This document shows, piece by piece, positions 1 to 11,372 of a stretch of DNA of 64,000 nucleotides (position 1 is its first letter; each line of letters begins with the position of its first letter). Both the position numbers and the translations under genes were made by a program. The notes under the pieces are model-generated. The model did no database searches. It had not been told where the DNA came from and was given only the letters and a program-made list of their open reading frames with translations. The stretch covers positions 4,560 to 68,559 of the forward strand of contig CAYHNG010000002.1 of assembly GCA_964357975.1 (NCBI GenBank), in the 5' to 3' direction. This stretch comes from an uncultured Pseudomonadales bacterium. GTDB taxonomy: Bacteria > Patescibacteriota > Microgenomatia > UBA1400 > MFAQ01.

Positions 1-1
1 T

Positions 2-250
2 GGCGGAAACATTACTTATAAATCGGCCGGAAATTTGCGTGAAATATTGAAGCAAGTACCTCTTGATCGACTACTTTTGGAGACGGATAGCCCATATTTA
101 CCACCGGAACCTCTCCGGGGAACGGTCAATACCCCCGCTAATGTTAAAATAGTAGCTGAATTCGTAGCCTCCGAACTAAACCTGAATCTCAAGGAGTTGG
201 CAGAAATAACGAGTCAAAACACAAAATGTTTGTATTCCTTAGAAAACTGA
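2..250 (+). CDS. TatD-family metal-dependent hydrolase, C-terminal fragment (5' end lies outside the window)
   Basis: Open frame from position 2 with no stop. C-terminal TatD signature LLLETDSPYL...NTPANV. The track start at 35 is TTG and is only an internal codon. Confidence 0.65.
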   Translation, partial: GGNITYKSAGNLREILKQVPLDRLLLETDSPYLPPEPLRGTVNTPANVKIVAEFVASELNLNLKELAEITSQNTKCLYSLEN

Positions 251-1776
251 TCACCAAATACCCACGTGCCAGCCAAAGAGCCCTGGAGATTCTTCCGGGT
301 TTTACCAGCTGGACCTTTATTCTGTTTCCGGTTTGGGGGTCGATCTTTTGGCCAATCGGAGTTGCCTATTTCATTATCGCTTTTAATGTCTACTGGCTCT
401 ACAGATCAACAACCCTAGCCTGGGCCGGAGTGATGTCGTATTACCGGATAAAAGCCTGGGAGAAGTATGACTGGATGGGTGATGTAACCGGTTTTGCAGA
501 TTGGAAAGAGGTGATCCATGTGATCGTTTTACCGACATACAAAGAACCGGGTGAGATATTGGTAAGAACTTTGGAGGCACTGGCAAAACAAACAATTGGC
601 CCAAAACAAATAATTCCCGTGATTGCAATGGAAGAAAGGGCCGGCGAAGAAATAAATGAAGAGAGAAGAACCTTGCTAACCAAAGAATTCGGAGATAAGT
701 TTGCCGGACTCTTTTTTACTTATCACCCGGCTAATCTGACCGGAGAGGTGGTGGGAAAATCCAGCAATGCGTCATGGGCCGGGAAAGAATTCAAAAAAGT
801 GTTGGCCAAGCGATCAGCTTGGAAGATAGATAAAATGACAATCTCGTCTGTGGACTGCGATGTGGCTCTCCATCCGAATCATTTGGCGGCGATAACATAT
901 ATGTTTCTGGACGACCCAAATAGATATCGGAAAATCTGGCAGGGGGCAATCGTTTTTTACAACAACATCGAAAGAATCCCGTGGCCAATGAGAGTATTTA
1001 ACAGGATGAGTAGTGTCATCAACATGGCTCAGCTTTCGCGCCCGGATAGATTAATTAACTTCTCGACTTACACCTTAAGCCTAAAGCTGATGGATGAAAT
1101 CAATTACTGGGATACCGACGTCATTCCGGAAGATTATCGAATATTTTTCAAAACTTATTTTGCTACCAAGGGAGAAGTAGAAGTTGAGCCGATATTCATT
1201 TCCGTCTCGGCCGATGCGGCAGAGGCTAACGGGTTTTGGAGTACTTATACAAATACCTACGAGCAAGTCAAGCGTTGGGCCTGGGGAGCTAGTGATGATG
1301 CCTACATTATCAAAGAATACATTTTGGACACCCAAGCACCTTTTTGGGATAAAACCATCCGTGTGTTCAAAGTAATGGAGGACCACTTTATGTGGCCGGT
1401 TAATTGGTTTATTATTACGGTCGGAGCAAATATGCCACCACTACTGAACACCACCTTTTCTCGAACCGTTATCGGGAGAACGTTGCCTCAAGTATCATCT
1501 GCCATACTAACCTTGTCTTTAATCAGTTTGGCGGCGATGGTATTGATAGACCTGAAGGCAAGACCAAAGGTGGCAGGTCTGTCTGCCTGGAGAAAATTTG
1601 TGGCGCCATTTGAGTTTATCCTTCTGCCGGTAGTAGGGTTCTTCTTTTCGGCTCTGCCCGGACTGGATGCTCACACAAGACTAATGATGGGAAGATACTT
1701 AGAGTACCGGGTAACCGAGAAATCCTTCGGCGGTGCTCAGGACAGGTCCTTCAAGGGGGCTCAGGATAAAAAATAA
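226..1776 (+). CDS. Family-2 glycosyltransferase-like integral membrane protein
   Basis: N-terminal TM helices, a VIVLPTYKEPGE motif (GT2 PTYNE-like) and a DCD (DxD) motif, with further TM helices at the C-terminus. Confidence 0.5.
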   Translation: MFVFLRKLITKYPRASQRALEILPGFTSWTFILFPVWGSIFWPIGVAYFIIAFNVYWLYRSTTLAWAGVMSYYRIKAWEKYDWMGDVTGFADWKEVIHVIVLPTYKEPGEILVRTLEALAKQTIGPKQIIPVIAMEERAGEEINEERRTLLTKEFGDKFAGLFFTYHPANLTGEVVGKSSNASWAGKEFKKVLAKRSAWKIDKMTISSVDCDVALHPNHLAAITYMFLDDPNRYRKIWQGAIVFYNNIERIPWPMRVFNRMSSVINMAQLSRPDRLINFSTYTLSLKLMDEINYWDTDVIPEDYRIFFKTYFATKGEVEVEPIFISVSADAAEANGFWSTYTNTYEQVKRWAWGASDDAYIIKEYILDTQAPFWDKTIRVFKVMEDHFMWPVNWFIITVGANMPPLLNTTFSRTVIGRTLPQVSSAILTLSLISLAAMVLIDLKARPKVAGLSAWRKFVAPFEFILLPVVGFFFSALPGLDAHTRLMMGRYLEYRVTEKSFGGAQDRSFKGAQDKK

Positions 1777-2112
1777 ATGACAAAAAACAAAACAGCGCAG
1801 CAACTACTACTGACCGGATGGGTAATGATTGTGTTTATGGGGATCGTGCTTGCCTGGTTCTGGAAAGTCCTGCCACCTCAACTGCCCTGGTTTTATTCTT
1901 TACCCGGTGGAGAACAACAGCTGATTGGAAAACCGGTTCTGGCGGCAATTTTACTCGGAATGGCAGCTGTGGTGGGAATAACGAGAGTCTTGGCTTCATG
2001 GGCAGGTAAAGGAGATGTTCCGGTGGAGACAACCATTATGGCTGGTTCACTTCTGGTGGTAAGTTTGGTAGCTGCCGGCTTTTTTAGAGTGATACAAATC
2101 TTTGCCTTATGA
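1777..2112 (+). CDS. Small polytopic membrane protein (hypothetical)
   Basis: 111-aa ORF with three hydrophobic helices, translationally coupled to the flanking glycosyltransferase genes. Confidence 0.4.
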   Translation: MTKNKTAQQLLLTGWVMIVFMGIVLAWFWKVLPPQLPWFYSLPGGEQQLIGKPVLAAILLGMAAVVGITRVLASWAGKGDVPVETTIMAGSLLVVSLVAAGFFRVIQIFAL

Positions 2113-3206
2113 TTAACCCGGTAATTACCGTCTTTCCCTTCATCATTTCTTTTTTAATTAGTTTGGTGATTACGCCTCTGACAGTAATCTGGTTTTCCAA
2201 AATGGGATGGGTGATAGACCCAAAAAAGACACCACACCCGGCACACATTCACAAAGAACCCGTTCCCAAAGGTGGTGGTTTACCGATTTTTGTGGCAGTT
2301 GTTTTGACTTTAGCGATTTTTCTAAAGTGGGACAAACATTTAATCGCCATTGGAATTGCATCGCTTCTGGTCTTGGTGACAGGATTGGTTGATGACATCA
2401 AAGGTCTAAACCCCTACTTAAGACTAACGATAAATTTTGTGGCAGTAGGGATAATAGTGGCCTCAGGTATTGGAATTGCCTATGTGTCCAATCCCTTTGG
2501 GGGAATAATTGACTTGTCTCAGCTACGCTGGGGGTTTGAATTATGGGGAAAACATCATGAGATTTGGGTGCTGGCCGATCTGTTCGCTCTCTTGTGGATT
2601 CCGGTGTTGATGAATGCCATCAACTGGTCTTCCGGGGTTGACGGTCAAATTACCGGGGTGGTCTCGATTGCCGCAATAGCCTTAGGAATGATCTCGCTTA
2701 GTTTCAGTTCCGATATTACCCAGTGGCCGGTAGCAACACTGGCCTTTGCACTTTCCGGCGCTTTTGCCGGTTTAACCATTTTTCATTTTTTCCCACAAAA
2801 AATAATGCCGGGTTATTCGGCCACCTCTCTGGCCGGACTACTTCTTGGAGTGATATCAATTCTGGCCACAGCCAAAGTAGGAACCGTGCTGGTGGTGCTA
2901 GGGGTGCCACTGGTAGATTTTATTTACCTGGTAACAAAAAGAATTCTTTCCGGAAAGTCTCCGGTCTGGGGTGATAAAAGCCACCTGCATCACAAGTTGC
3001 TGGAGATAGGCTGGGGGAAGAGGCGGATTGCCTTGTTCTACTGGCTAATTACGGCGATATTGGGAGTGGCGGCAGTGAGAGTTGAGGCTAGAAGTAAGCT
3101 GACGATCATGATAGGATTGGTAATATTAATGTTGGTTTTCGTACTATGGCAATATTCTTGGCATTTCTCAAAGAAATCAGGCCGCGACAGTGGGTCAAAA
3201 ATCTAA
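2109..3206 (+). CDS. GT4 polyprenyl-phosphate sugar-1-phosphate transferase (MraY/WecA family)
   Basis: About 10 TM helices with a VDDIKGLNPYLRL motif typical of MraY/WecA. Confidence 0.5.
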   Translation: MINPVITVFPFIISFLISLVITPLTVIWFSKMGWVIDPKKTPHPAHIHKEPVPKGGGLPIFVAVVLTLAIFLKWDKHLIAIGIASLLVLVTGLVDDIKGLNPYLRLTINFVAVGIIVASGIGIAYVSNPFGGIIDLSQLRWGFELWGKHHEIWVLADLFALLWIPVLMNAINWSSGVDGQITGVVSIAAIALGMISLSFSSDITQWPVATLAFALSGAFAGLTIFHFFPQKIMPGYSATSLAGLLLGVISILATAKVGTVLVVLGVPLVDFIYLVTKRILSGKSPVWGDKSHLHHKLLEIGWGKRRIALFYWLITAILGVAAVRVEARSKLTIMIGLVILMLVFVLWQYSWHFSKKSGRDSGSKI

Positions 3207-4075
3207 GCTTGTTTGCAGCACTGATATTTGCGGGGCTTCTTTTTCAAGAAGGGGCCTTTGGTAAAGTCTTGCAAGCGTTTTTCGTTTTCACTATTTTTAG
3301 TAGTGTCACCTATCTTTTTAACGACTTAGTGGACATCGAAGCAGATCGGAAACACCCTTACAAAAAATTTAGACCGATCGCCAGTGGAGAACTACCGGTA
3401 CCGATAGCGGTAACCGCACTGATAGTAGGGATAATTACCGGTTTGGCTTGGGCCTATGGACTGAACTATTATCTGTTTATCAGCGGGGTGACTTATTTGC
3501 TGATTCAGGTGGCTTATACCAAGTACCTCAAAAATATCCCCATCATAGACGTAATTGTGATTGCTTCCGGATATCTAATTCGAGTTTACGCGGGTGCCCT
3601 CACAATTTCGGCTCATATGGACGTTTGGTTCCTCATGACGGTGATAGCGGCATCCCTGTTCCTGGCTGTCGGTAAAAGAAGAGGAGAGATGACTCTATTG
3701 CTTCACTATAAAGAAACGGAGACCAGAGCGACTCTCAAAAGATACACCGAGCATTTACTGGATATATATACGGCAATGTTTGCTACCGGGACCTGGATCA
3801 CCTACGCCCTGTTTACCTTTAACCAACCCAAGATTGTACCGGACGGCAGAGCTTTACAACTGATTTCGATTTTGCCAAAAACTTTGATATCCGAAAAATG
3901 GATGATGATTACAATTCCGTTTGTGGTGTACGGCATCATGAGATACCTACAATTAATCTACGAAAGGAACGAAGGAGAGAGTCCGGAGAGAGTTCTTTTG
4001 TCCGATAAGCCACTGATGATTACCGGTGTAAGCTGGGCGGTGATGGTGATAGGGGTGCTTTATTACATCGGTTAA
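3146..4075 (+). CDS. UbiA-family prenyltransferase (decaprenyl-phosphate phosphoribosyltransferase-like)
   Basis: RPRQWVKN N-terminus and an NDLVDIEADRKHPYKKFRPIASGEL Asp-rich motif. It overlaps the preceding gene by 61 nt in another frame. Confidence 0.6.
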   Translation: MAIFLAFLKEIRPRQWVKNLSLFAALIFAGLLFQEGAFGKVLQAFFVFTIFSSVTYLFNDLVDIEADRKHPYKKFRPIASGELPVPIAVTALIVGIITGLAWAYGLNYYLFISGVTYLLIQVAYTKYLKNIPIIDVIVIASGYLIRVYAGALTISAHMDVWFLMTVIAASLFLAVGKRRGEMTLLLHYKETETRATLKRYTEHLLDIYTAMFATGTWITYALFTFNQPKIVPDGRALQLISILPKTLISEKWMMITIPFVVYGIMRYLQLIYERNEGESPERVLLSDKPLMITGVSWAVMVIGVLYYIG

Positions 4076-4171
4076 TCTAGCGGACCCAGTTCTTTAAGTT
4101 CTTTTGCGACAGAAACTTCTTCGTCACCGCCAATTTTACCCAAAGAAATGACGAGGGCGTGTCAAGATGAT

Positions 4172-5059
4172 CTATTTTACGATCTTGGCGTATTGAGATG
4201 AGACGAAGCCCCACGATCCCTTGAGATACTCGATACTGTACCAGCCTGCAGTGGATTCTGATTCCTTGTAGGCGAAGGTATCACCGGGATTAACCTTGGC
4301 CAATTCGGTACCGGCGGTTGAAGCGGTCTCGCGGACCTTGAGCCAACCGGTGGGGGTGTTAAGAATCTCGACATAGGGTTTGACAGTGGCGGAAGAAGTG
4401 GCCTGTTTGGGAAGTGGAGTAATGACGACAGTACCGGTAGGCTTGGGAGTAAGAGTGGCAGAGGGCGTCGCCAAAGGTGTGGGTGTGGGAGTTGGCACAA
4501 TTTCCATGGTCGCCATCGTTAGGTTAAGAACCAGTCGATAACCTGTCTGGACAGCGGCATTAACAATTTTGTCCTGAAAGCCAGGTGCCGCAAACGAGAA
4601 AACATGAGGGCCGGGAGCGATATCGGCTGTCACCGGAGTGAAGCCAGCGGGTTTACCATCGATGCTGACTGTCGCATTAGCGGGAAGGCTGATGACGTTT
4701 ACGGAGGAATCTTTGTTGTTGGCCAACTTTTCAAAGGAAAGCGTGTAGCTATGAGATCGGTCCGGAGTGGAACCAAATTCGCGGTGAACGGTGGTGAGAG
4801 TTCCGCTGACCAGGTTGACTTTGGCTTCCCATGATTGGCCGGAGTCGATGGCGGTCATCTGGATGGTAGTAAGGCCGGGCGAGAGGTTCTCGTCGTAAAA
4901 GGGAGTTTTGCTAACCGACTTTCCATTGATGACTATGTTGGCGTCTGGGTGAGAGGTAATTTGGATACCGGATTTCTTGGCAAATGGATTGAGCTGGCAC
5001 CCAGCAAGAAAAATAGAGAATAACAGGATGGGCAGTGTGCGTAAAAGACGTGACCTCAT
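4172..5059 (-). CDS. Secreted lipoprotein with SH3b-like C-terminus
   Basis: Signal peptide with LAGC lipobox, a Pro/Thr-rich linker and a C-terminal GWYSIEYLKGSWGFV segment. Confidence 0.45.
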   Translation of the reverse strand: MRSRLLRTLPILLFSIFLAGCQLNPFAKKSGIQITSHPDANIVINGKSVSKTPFYDENLSPGLTTIQMTAIDSGQSWEAKVNLVSGTLTTVHREFGSTPDRSHSYTLSFEKLANNKDSSVNVISLPANATVSIDGKPAGFTPVTADIAPGPHVFSFAAPGFQDKIVNAAVQTGYRLVLNLTMATMEIVPTPTPTPLATPSATLTPKPTGTVVITPLPKQATSSATVKPYVEILNTPTGWLKVRETASTAGTELAKVNPGDTFAYKESESTAGWYSIEYLKGSWGFVSSQYAKIVK

Positions 5060-5104
5060 ATTATCCTTAGTTTAGCAGAAAATGCTAGAATAGTGCGTGC
5101 AGTT

Positions 5105-5176
5105 GGCCGGATGGCGAAGTGGTAACGCTGAGGTCTGCAAAACCTCCATGCGAGGGTTCGATTCCCTCTCCGGCCT
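5105..5176 (+). tRNA. tRNA-Cys (GCA)
   Basis: Cloverleaf read by eye: acceptor GGCCGGA/TCCGGCC, anticodon stem GAGGT/ACCTC with loop CTGCAAA (GCA anticodon), TPsiC GGTTCGATTCC, U73 discriminator. No encoded CCA. Confidence 0.85.
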
Positions 5177-5721
5177 CAAAGTTTTTCGGTTATTAAATAT
5201 TCGCGCAACTTATTAAGAGCAAGTCTGCGGTGACTGATCCGGTTCTTTTCTTCGATGCTCATTTCGGCGAAGGTTTCAGTGTAACCATCCGGCTGAAAAA
5301 TAGTATCCCAACCGAAGCCGTTAGCCCCTCTTGGTTCGACAATTTGACCAGGAATTTCACCTTCAAAATACTGAATGTCTCTCGTACTATTTAGATATCC
5401 AACAATCACGACGGCTTTGGCGGAGAAGTTGCCAAACCTCTTGGCAATTTGAAAGAGACCATCGTTGCCAATGGTTTTCATAAACCATCTGATGAGAGGG
5501 CCAGGTAGACCGGGTATGGCATCTAGATAAAGAGAGGCGTCGTCGACAATAAAATTGCCGGATTGGTGTCTTTGGGCTTCCACCAACTTGGCTTCGATGA
5601 TTTTTTTGGGATCGACCTCTTGGATTTCAGGTAAATCTATATTTAACTGTTCTATCTCGGGAACAATGAGTTTGGTTTCTTTAAACTTCCCTTCGTTACC
5701 GGTGATATAAAACAGCTTCAT
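5176..5721 (-). CDS. rdgB: Non-canonical purine NTP pyrophosphatase (RdgB/HAM1)
   Basis: [16 protein letters not shown]-terminus and overall Ham1 pattern. Confidence 0.8.
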   Translation of the reverse strand: MKLFYITGNEGKFKETKLIVPEIEQLNIDLPEIQEVDPKKIIEAKLVEAQRHQSGNFIVDDASLYLDAIPGLPGPLIRWFMKTIGNDGLFQIAKRFGNFSAKAVVIVGYLNSTRDIQYFEGEIPGQIVEPRGANGFGWDTIFQPDGYTETFAEMSIEEKNRISHRRLALNKLREYLITEKL

Positions 5722-5723
5722 GA

Positions 5724-6812
5724 TTACTCCAACGCCTTACCCACTTTGATGGTCTCTTCCACCAGTCTATTGGCGTAGCCCCATTCGTTGTCGTACCAAG
5801 CTAAGACTTTGACCATAGTTCCGTCAACTACCCGAGTCATATCCAGATCAACGATGCTGTATTCTGACCGGCCAATAATATCGGAAGAGACAATGGGTTC
5901 GTCTGTCACCGCCAAGATGCCGCGATAGCGTGGTGTTCTGGCGGCGTCGATAAAAATTTGATTTACTTCCTCAACGCTAGTGGCGTGTTGAGTAATAAAA
6001 GTAAAATCGGTGATAGAGCCGGTAAGAACGGGAACACGAAGAGAAATACCGTCAAAAAGCCCCTTTAGCTCCGGAATGGCCTGAGTGGCGGCAATGGCGG
6101 CACCGGTACTGGTGGGAACAATGTTCATGGCCGCGGCGCGGGAGCGGCGAAGATCACGGTGAGAGTTGTCCTGAAGATTTTGATCGTCGGTGTAGCCATG
6201 TACTGTAGTCAACATGGCCTTGAGAATACCAAGTTTTTCGTGAAGAATGTCGGCTACCGGAGCAACACTATTGGTGGTACAAGAAGCATTACTGATAACG
6301 GAAATAACATTGACTCTATCTTTATGAAAGATTTCTTTTTCGTTGACTCCCAAAACAGCAGTCGGGACGCCGGCGCCTTTGGCAGGAGCAGAAAGTACGA
6401 CCATCTTCACGCCACCGCAAATATGAAGAATGGCTTTCTCCAGAGAAGTAAACGCTCCGGTAGACTCGATAACAATTTCGGTGCCATATTTGTCCCAGGG
6501 AATCCGTGAAGGATCTCTTTGGGCCAGAACCGGGATACGCAGTTCTTTCTTGGGATGTTTGATGTTTAGATACCCGAGAAGAGGATTTGCGTCCGAGACT
6601 GCATCCGGTTTCTGAACTTCCTCAGCGGAAATTTCATAGGGGAGTGGACCATAGGAGGTGTCGTATTTAAGGAGATAGGCCCAACCGTGAACTCCCTGTG
6701 ACCCGGAAGTATTGATGGCGACAAGATTGGATTCGTCGAGATGGCTGGCGAGCCAGACACGAGTAGCGGAGCGACCGATACGACCAAAACCGTTGATGGA
6801 AAAATTTATCAT
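5724..6812 (-). CDS. gap: Glyceraldehyde-3-phosphate dehydrogenase
   Basis: INGFGRIGR and SNASCTTN active-site motifs. Confidence 0.9.
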   Translation of the reverse strand: MINFSINGFGRIGRSATRVWLASHLDESNLVAINTSGSQGVHGWAYLLKYDTSYGPLPYEISAEEVQKPDAVSDANPLLGYLNIKHPKKELRIPVLAQRDPSRIPWDKYGTEIVIESTGAFTSLEKAILHICGGVKMVVLSAPAKGAGVPTAVLGVNEKEIFHKDRVNVISVISNASCTTNSVAPVADILHEKLGILKAMLTTVHGYTDDQNLQDNSHRDLRRSRAAAMNIVPTSTGAAIAATQAIPELKGLFDGISLRVPVLTGSITDFTFITQHATSVEEVNQIFIDAARTPRYRGILAVTDEPIVSSDIIGRSEYSIVDLDMTRVVDGTMVKVLAWYDNEWGYANRLVEETIKVGKALE

Positions 6813-6856
6813 AGAGGGCAGTAATAGTAACTAATTAAACTGTAGCACAAGACAAC

Positions 6857-7819
6857 TTACTTGAGGATTTCGAGGAGGGGGTGGGTGCCGGTGGCCAGGA
6901 AGTCGAGCATGGCCCCTCCGCCGGTGCTGACAAAGCCAAAATCCGCGTAATCAAAGCCCAATTCGGAAATGGCCGAAAGAGTGTCACCCCCACCCAAAAT
7001 GGTAAAGGCGGGACTATCTTTGAGGGCCTGGAGTACCTCTTTAGTGGCTTTGGCATGGACTCCATCCTCATACAGCCCCAATGGGCCGTTCATAACGATT
7101 GTTTTAGCTTCAGAGATGGCCTGGAGAAAGAGAGCCGTAGTCTCGGCGTTGACATCGAAGCCATCCGGGGTAAGCTCCTGTGGCTGGGCAAATTTACCCC
7201 CAAGAATTACCTGGTCGAAAAGAGGGGAGATGGTGCGAATAATTTCAAGCTTGTCCTGCTTGGCACCCGAGGCCAAGAGGAGAGTGGGGTGGGCGGGAGC
7301 CTCAAGGAGATTCTTTAGGGTGGAAACTTCCCTATCAAACTGAAGGCCGGTGCGTGTAGGGAGAACTTCGGGTATTGTTTGGAGGCTGGTACAAGGGCGG
7401 TAGTTGGCAAAAGCGTCGTAGACATAAATATCGGCACCCTGGCTCAATTCCTCAGCAAATGCCCTATTGATAGATTCTTCTCGGGAATCAAATCTTAAGT
7501 TTTCCATTAAGGATAAGGGGGATTCCCCTGTCCAGCACTCCCCTGTAGAAAAACCCGAAACAATAAAATGAATATCTTGTTTTATCAATCTTTTTAGCTC
7601 CTCTTGAACCGGGAGGAGGCTAAAATGAGCATCTTTCGCTTCCGGACGGCCAAGATGCCCTATCAGACAGGTGCGATGAGCATTTTCCAAGCAAAATCGA
7701 AGAGTCGGTAAGAGAGCCTCCAGGCGATAGGTGTTTCCTACCCGACCTTCCGCCACAGGCACGTCCAGATCGGCTCTAAGCAAAATATTCTTACCTTTGA
7801 TTTCTTCGGCTGTAATCAT
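6857..7819 (-). CDS. pgk: Phosphoglycerate kinase (short form)
   Basis: N-terminal KGK..LLRADLDVP and C-terminal GGGDTL motifs. The ATG at 7819 (MITAEEIKGK) is preferred over the track start at 7855. Confidence 0.75.
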   Translation of the reverse strand: MITAEEIKGKNILLRADLDVPVAEGRVGNTYRLEALLPTLRFCLENAHRTCLIGHLGRPEAKDAHFSLLPVQEELKRLIKQDIHFIVSGFSTGECWTGESPLSLMENLRFDSREESINRAFAEELSQGADIYVYDAFANYRPCTSLQTIPEVLPTRTGLQFDREVSTLKNLLEAPAHPTLLLASGAKQDKLEIIRTISPLFDQVILGGKFAQPQELTPDGFDVNAETTALFLQAISEAKTIVMNGPLGLYEDGVHAKATKEVLQALKDSPAFTILGGGDTLSAISELGFDYADFGFVSTGGGAMLDFLATGTHPLLEILK

Positions 7820-7883
7820 ATAGATTGAGTTTACCACTGACAGATTTAGGCACAACTTAGGCTGATAAGCAAGGTGATAGACT

Positions 7884-7935
7884 TGACTTTAGAGGGTCTG
7901 ACATGGTATGATACCGTTCCGCTTGAGAAGTCAAG
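7884..7935. promoter_or_regulatory. Symmetric divergent promoter pair between pgk and the M23 peptidase gene
   Basis: Inverted repeat CTTGACTT...AAGTCAAG provides a TTGACT -35 on each strand. Plus strand: TTGACT-18-TATGAT. Minus strand: TTGACT-17-TATCAT. Both share the palindromic core GGTATGATACC. Confidence 0.4.
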
Positions 7936-8032
7936 CCTTTTTTGTGCCTTACGCGGGCTTTCGCCCGCATCTATGATACAAATCCTACCTCAAAAAAGAA
8001 CGTCGCACCCCCTCTCCAAACTCTTCAGGCCG

Positions 8033-8563
8033 ATGTTCGAAAAAAGAAATCTTAAAGCCGCCTTGGGCGGTATTATTTCCGTTACCTCTCTCGCCTCAGG
8101 TATGTTTTTTATGCCTGGTGATCAGTCAGTGAGAGCTTCGGCAAACATCCAGCCTTTTGATGAGAATATCGTGATTGAGACCAAAAGAAGCATGGTAACG
8201 GTGATCCCGGAAAACACGGGGGTATCTCAGGAATTTCATTATGGCCACGCCGGCTTAGATATTACTGCCCCACTAGGCTCAAAAATCCACCCATTAAAAG
8301 ATGGTGTAGTCGTTCTCATGAGTTTCACCAGATGGGACTATGGTCGCTCAGTGGTTATTGATCACGGAAACGGTATGCAAACCAGATATGCCCACATGGG
8401 AAAGATTTTTGTAGAAGAAGGCGAAAGGGTCACTACCGACATGGTCGTAGGCGAAGTAGGGCTGACAGGTAGAACAACCGGACCCCATCTGCATATCGAG
8501 GTGCTAAAAAATGGCCGAACAGTAAATCCAAGATCGTATTTGTCTCTAGCGAAGACTAACTAA
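8033..8563 (+). CDS. M23 (LytM) family peptidoglycan endopeptidase
   Basis: HAGLDI, DHGNGMQTRYAHM and TGPHLHIEV motifs. Start moved to 8033 (MFEKRNLKAALGG signal peptide) because the track start at 7874 lies inside the promoter. 7973 is an alternative start. Confidence 0.7.
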   Translation: MFEKRNLKAALGGIISVTSLASGMFFMPGDQSVRASANIQPFDENIVIETKRSMVTVIPENTGVSQEFHYGHAGLDITAPLGSKIHPLKDGVVVLMSFTRWDYGRSVVIDHGNGMQTRYAHMGKIFVEEGERVTTDMVVGEVGLTGRTTGPHLHIEVLKNGRTVNPRSYLSLAKTN

Positions 8564-8721
8564 AAATTTCAACAGTTTTATGTACTGTTTAGCCTGATTT
8601 ATCAATGGTTTTTGTTGTGTGAATAACTGATATATTTTGTGGATATGTTGACTGTGTTCGTCTGTGTGATAAACTATGGGGTTGGATAAAACTCGGAAGG
8701 ACTCTTACAAGGAGGCTTGGG

Positions 8722-8994
8722 ATGGTACTAATTGTTGTTGGTCGGAACGGTGAAGGACGGCAGAGCTTGATTTCACGAGCAATGAGACTGAATGCCGATT
8801 TAGCTCTTGCTCCGCGTGGTGACATGGCAACGATTGTCTATGGTATATCAAGCACTGCAATAAGGTCATTGGAAACCGAGAGTGCGTCAAAAATCGATTC
8901 AAAAGTCTGCGATCATGCATATCTCCGAACCGAAAATGTTCAGAGTATTTTGGATAGATTGAGGGAAGATGCAAATAACATAATAATTGATTAA
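8722..8994 (+). CDS. Small hypothetical protein (90 aa)
   Basis: Good SD (AGGAGG 6 nt upstream), upstream TTGACT-16-TAAACT promoter, and a strong intrinsic terminator immediately downstream. Confidence 0.45.
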   Translation: MVLIVVGRNGEGRQSLISRAMRLNADLALAPRGDMATIVYGISSTAIRSLETESASKIDSKVCDHAYLRTENVQSILDRLREDANNIIID

Positions 8995-8996
8995 CT

Positions 8997-9026
8997 AAAG
9001 TCCCGCCGAAAGGCGGGCTTTTTATT
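8997..9026 (+). terminator. Rho-independent terminator
   Basis: Hairpin CCCGCCGAAAGGCGGG followed by TTTTTATT. Confidence 0.6.
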
Positions 9027-9198
9027 GAGTTTTGGGTGTGAAACAAAGGGCTGATAATTCCCTGAACCCATATCAATTCTTTTGATAGCACTATCCACTT
9101 TAAGTTGATGTTCTAATTCGGCACCTATTTCTATTTGCGTATAGTAATTGTGCAACCAACCGAAGGTAAAGAACATCTTGTGTAGACGGATTATCACA

Positions 9199-9226
9199 AA
9201 AAAGACCCCATGCGGGGTCTTTTTTG
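9199..9226 (-). terminator. Rho-independent terminator downstream of groEL (bidirectional shape)
   Basis: AAAAAAGACCCCATGCGGGGTCTTTTTT. Confidence 0.6.
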
Positions 9227-9237
9227 TGGGTTTTGAT

Positions 9238-9276
9238 GGAGTGAGATTCCTCCACTACGGTCGGAATGACGAGTGG
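9238..9276. repeat. Family-A hairpin repeat, copy A1 (intergenic, 3' of groEL)
   Basis: GGAGTGAGATTCCTCCACTACGGTCGGAATGACGAGTGG, with internal GTGGAG/CTCCAC stem. Confidence 0.7.
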
Positions 9277-10926
<1,650 letters not shown>

Positions 10927-10933
10927 TTAATAG

Positions 10934-11242
10934 TTATTTGACTGTGGCGAGAATGTCATCGAATTTGAGAAATTGATATTCGGTATCACCGATCAGAACC
11001 TCGTTACCACCCCATTTTTTGTAGAGGACAGTGTCCCCTGCTTTGGCAGGAGAGCCTATTTCGACACCTCGATCGTTGATTAACTTACCACCGGCGGCGA
11101 GAACTGTGCCGTATTGAGGTTTCTCCTCGTGTGAGTCAGGAAGATAAAGTCCGGAGGCGGTTTTCTTCTCTTGCTTGGCGGGTTCGACCAAGAGAAAGCC
11201 TGGTGCTGGTTGTAATTTTTTGACGGTAAGGGTATTAACCAT
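10934..11242 (-). CDS. groS: Co-chaperonin GroES
   Basis: Typical 10 kDa chaperonin sequence immediately upstream of groEL. Confidence 0.9.
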   Translation of the reverse strand: MVNTLTVKKLQPAPGFLLVEPAKQEKKTASGLYLPDSHEEKPQYGTVLAAGGKLINDRGVEIGSPAKAGDTVLYKKWGGNEVLIGDTEYQFLKFDDILATVK

Positions 11243-11302
11243 ATTTTGTTAGAGTTAATTGATAAAGATTGATCAAGGAGACTGGTTGAGTATATCAGAA
11301 AA

Positions 11303-11360
11303 ATAGCAATCAACCACCTCGACTGCTATTTTAAAAACTAAATGATTTTTTTGTCAAGAC
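11303..11360 (-). promoter_or_regulatory. groES promoter with CIRCE-like HrcA operator
   Basis: On the minus strand: TTGACA-18-TAAAAT, immediately followed by inverted repeat TAGCAATC-N9-GACTGCTA (CIRCE geometry, 7/9 + 7/9 match to TTAGCACTC-N9-GAGTGCTAA). Confidence 0.45.
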
Positions 11361-11372
11361 CCTCGTCTCGGC

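Noticed and set aside
4133-4160. Partial family-A tail (AGAAATGACGAGGGCG) between the UbiA and lipoprotein genes
   Set aside because: Only the 3' module is present, with no GGAGTGAG head. It may be a degraded copy or coincidence, so it is not annotated as a repeat feature.
6881-7343. Plus-strand ORFs antisense to pgk; likewise many antisense ORFs within groEL, the 1159-aa ATPase gene, VirB4 and the large T4SS proteins
   Set aside because: They are shadow ORFs on the opposite strand of well-supported genes, with biased low-complexity translations and no start signals.
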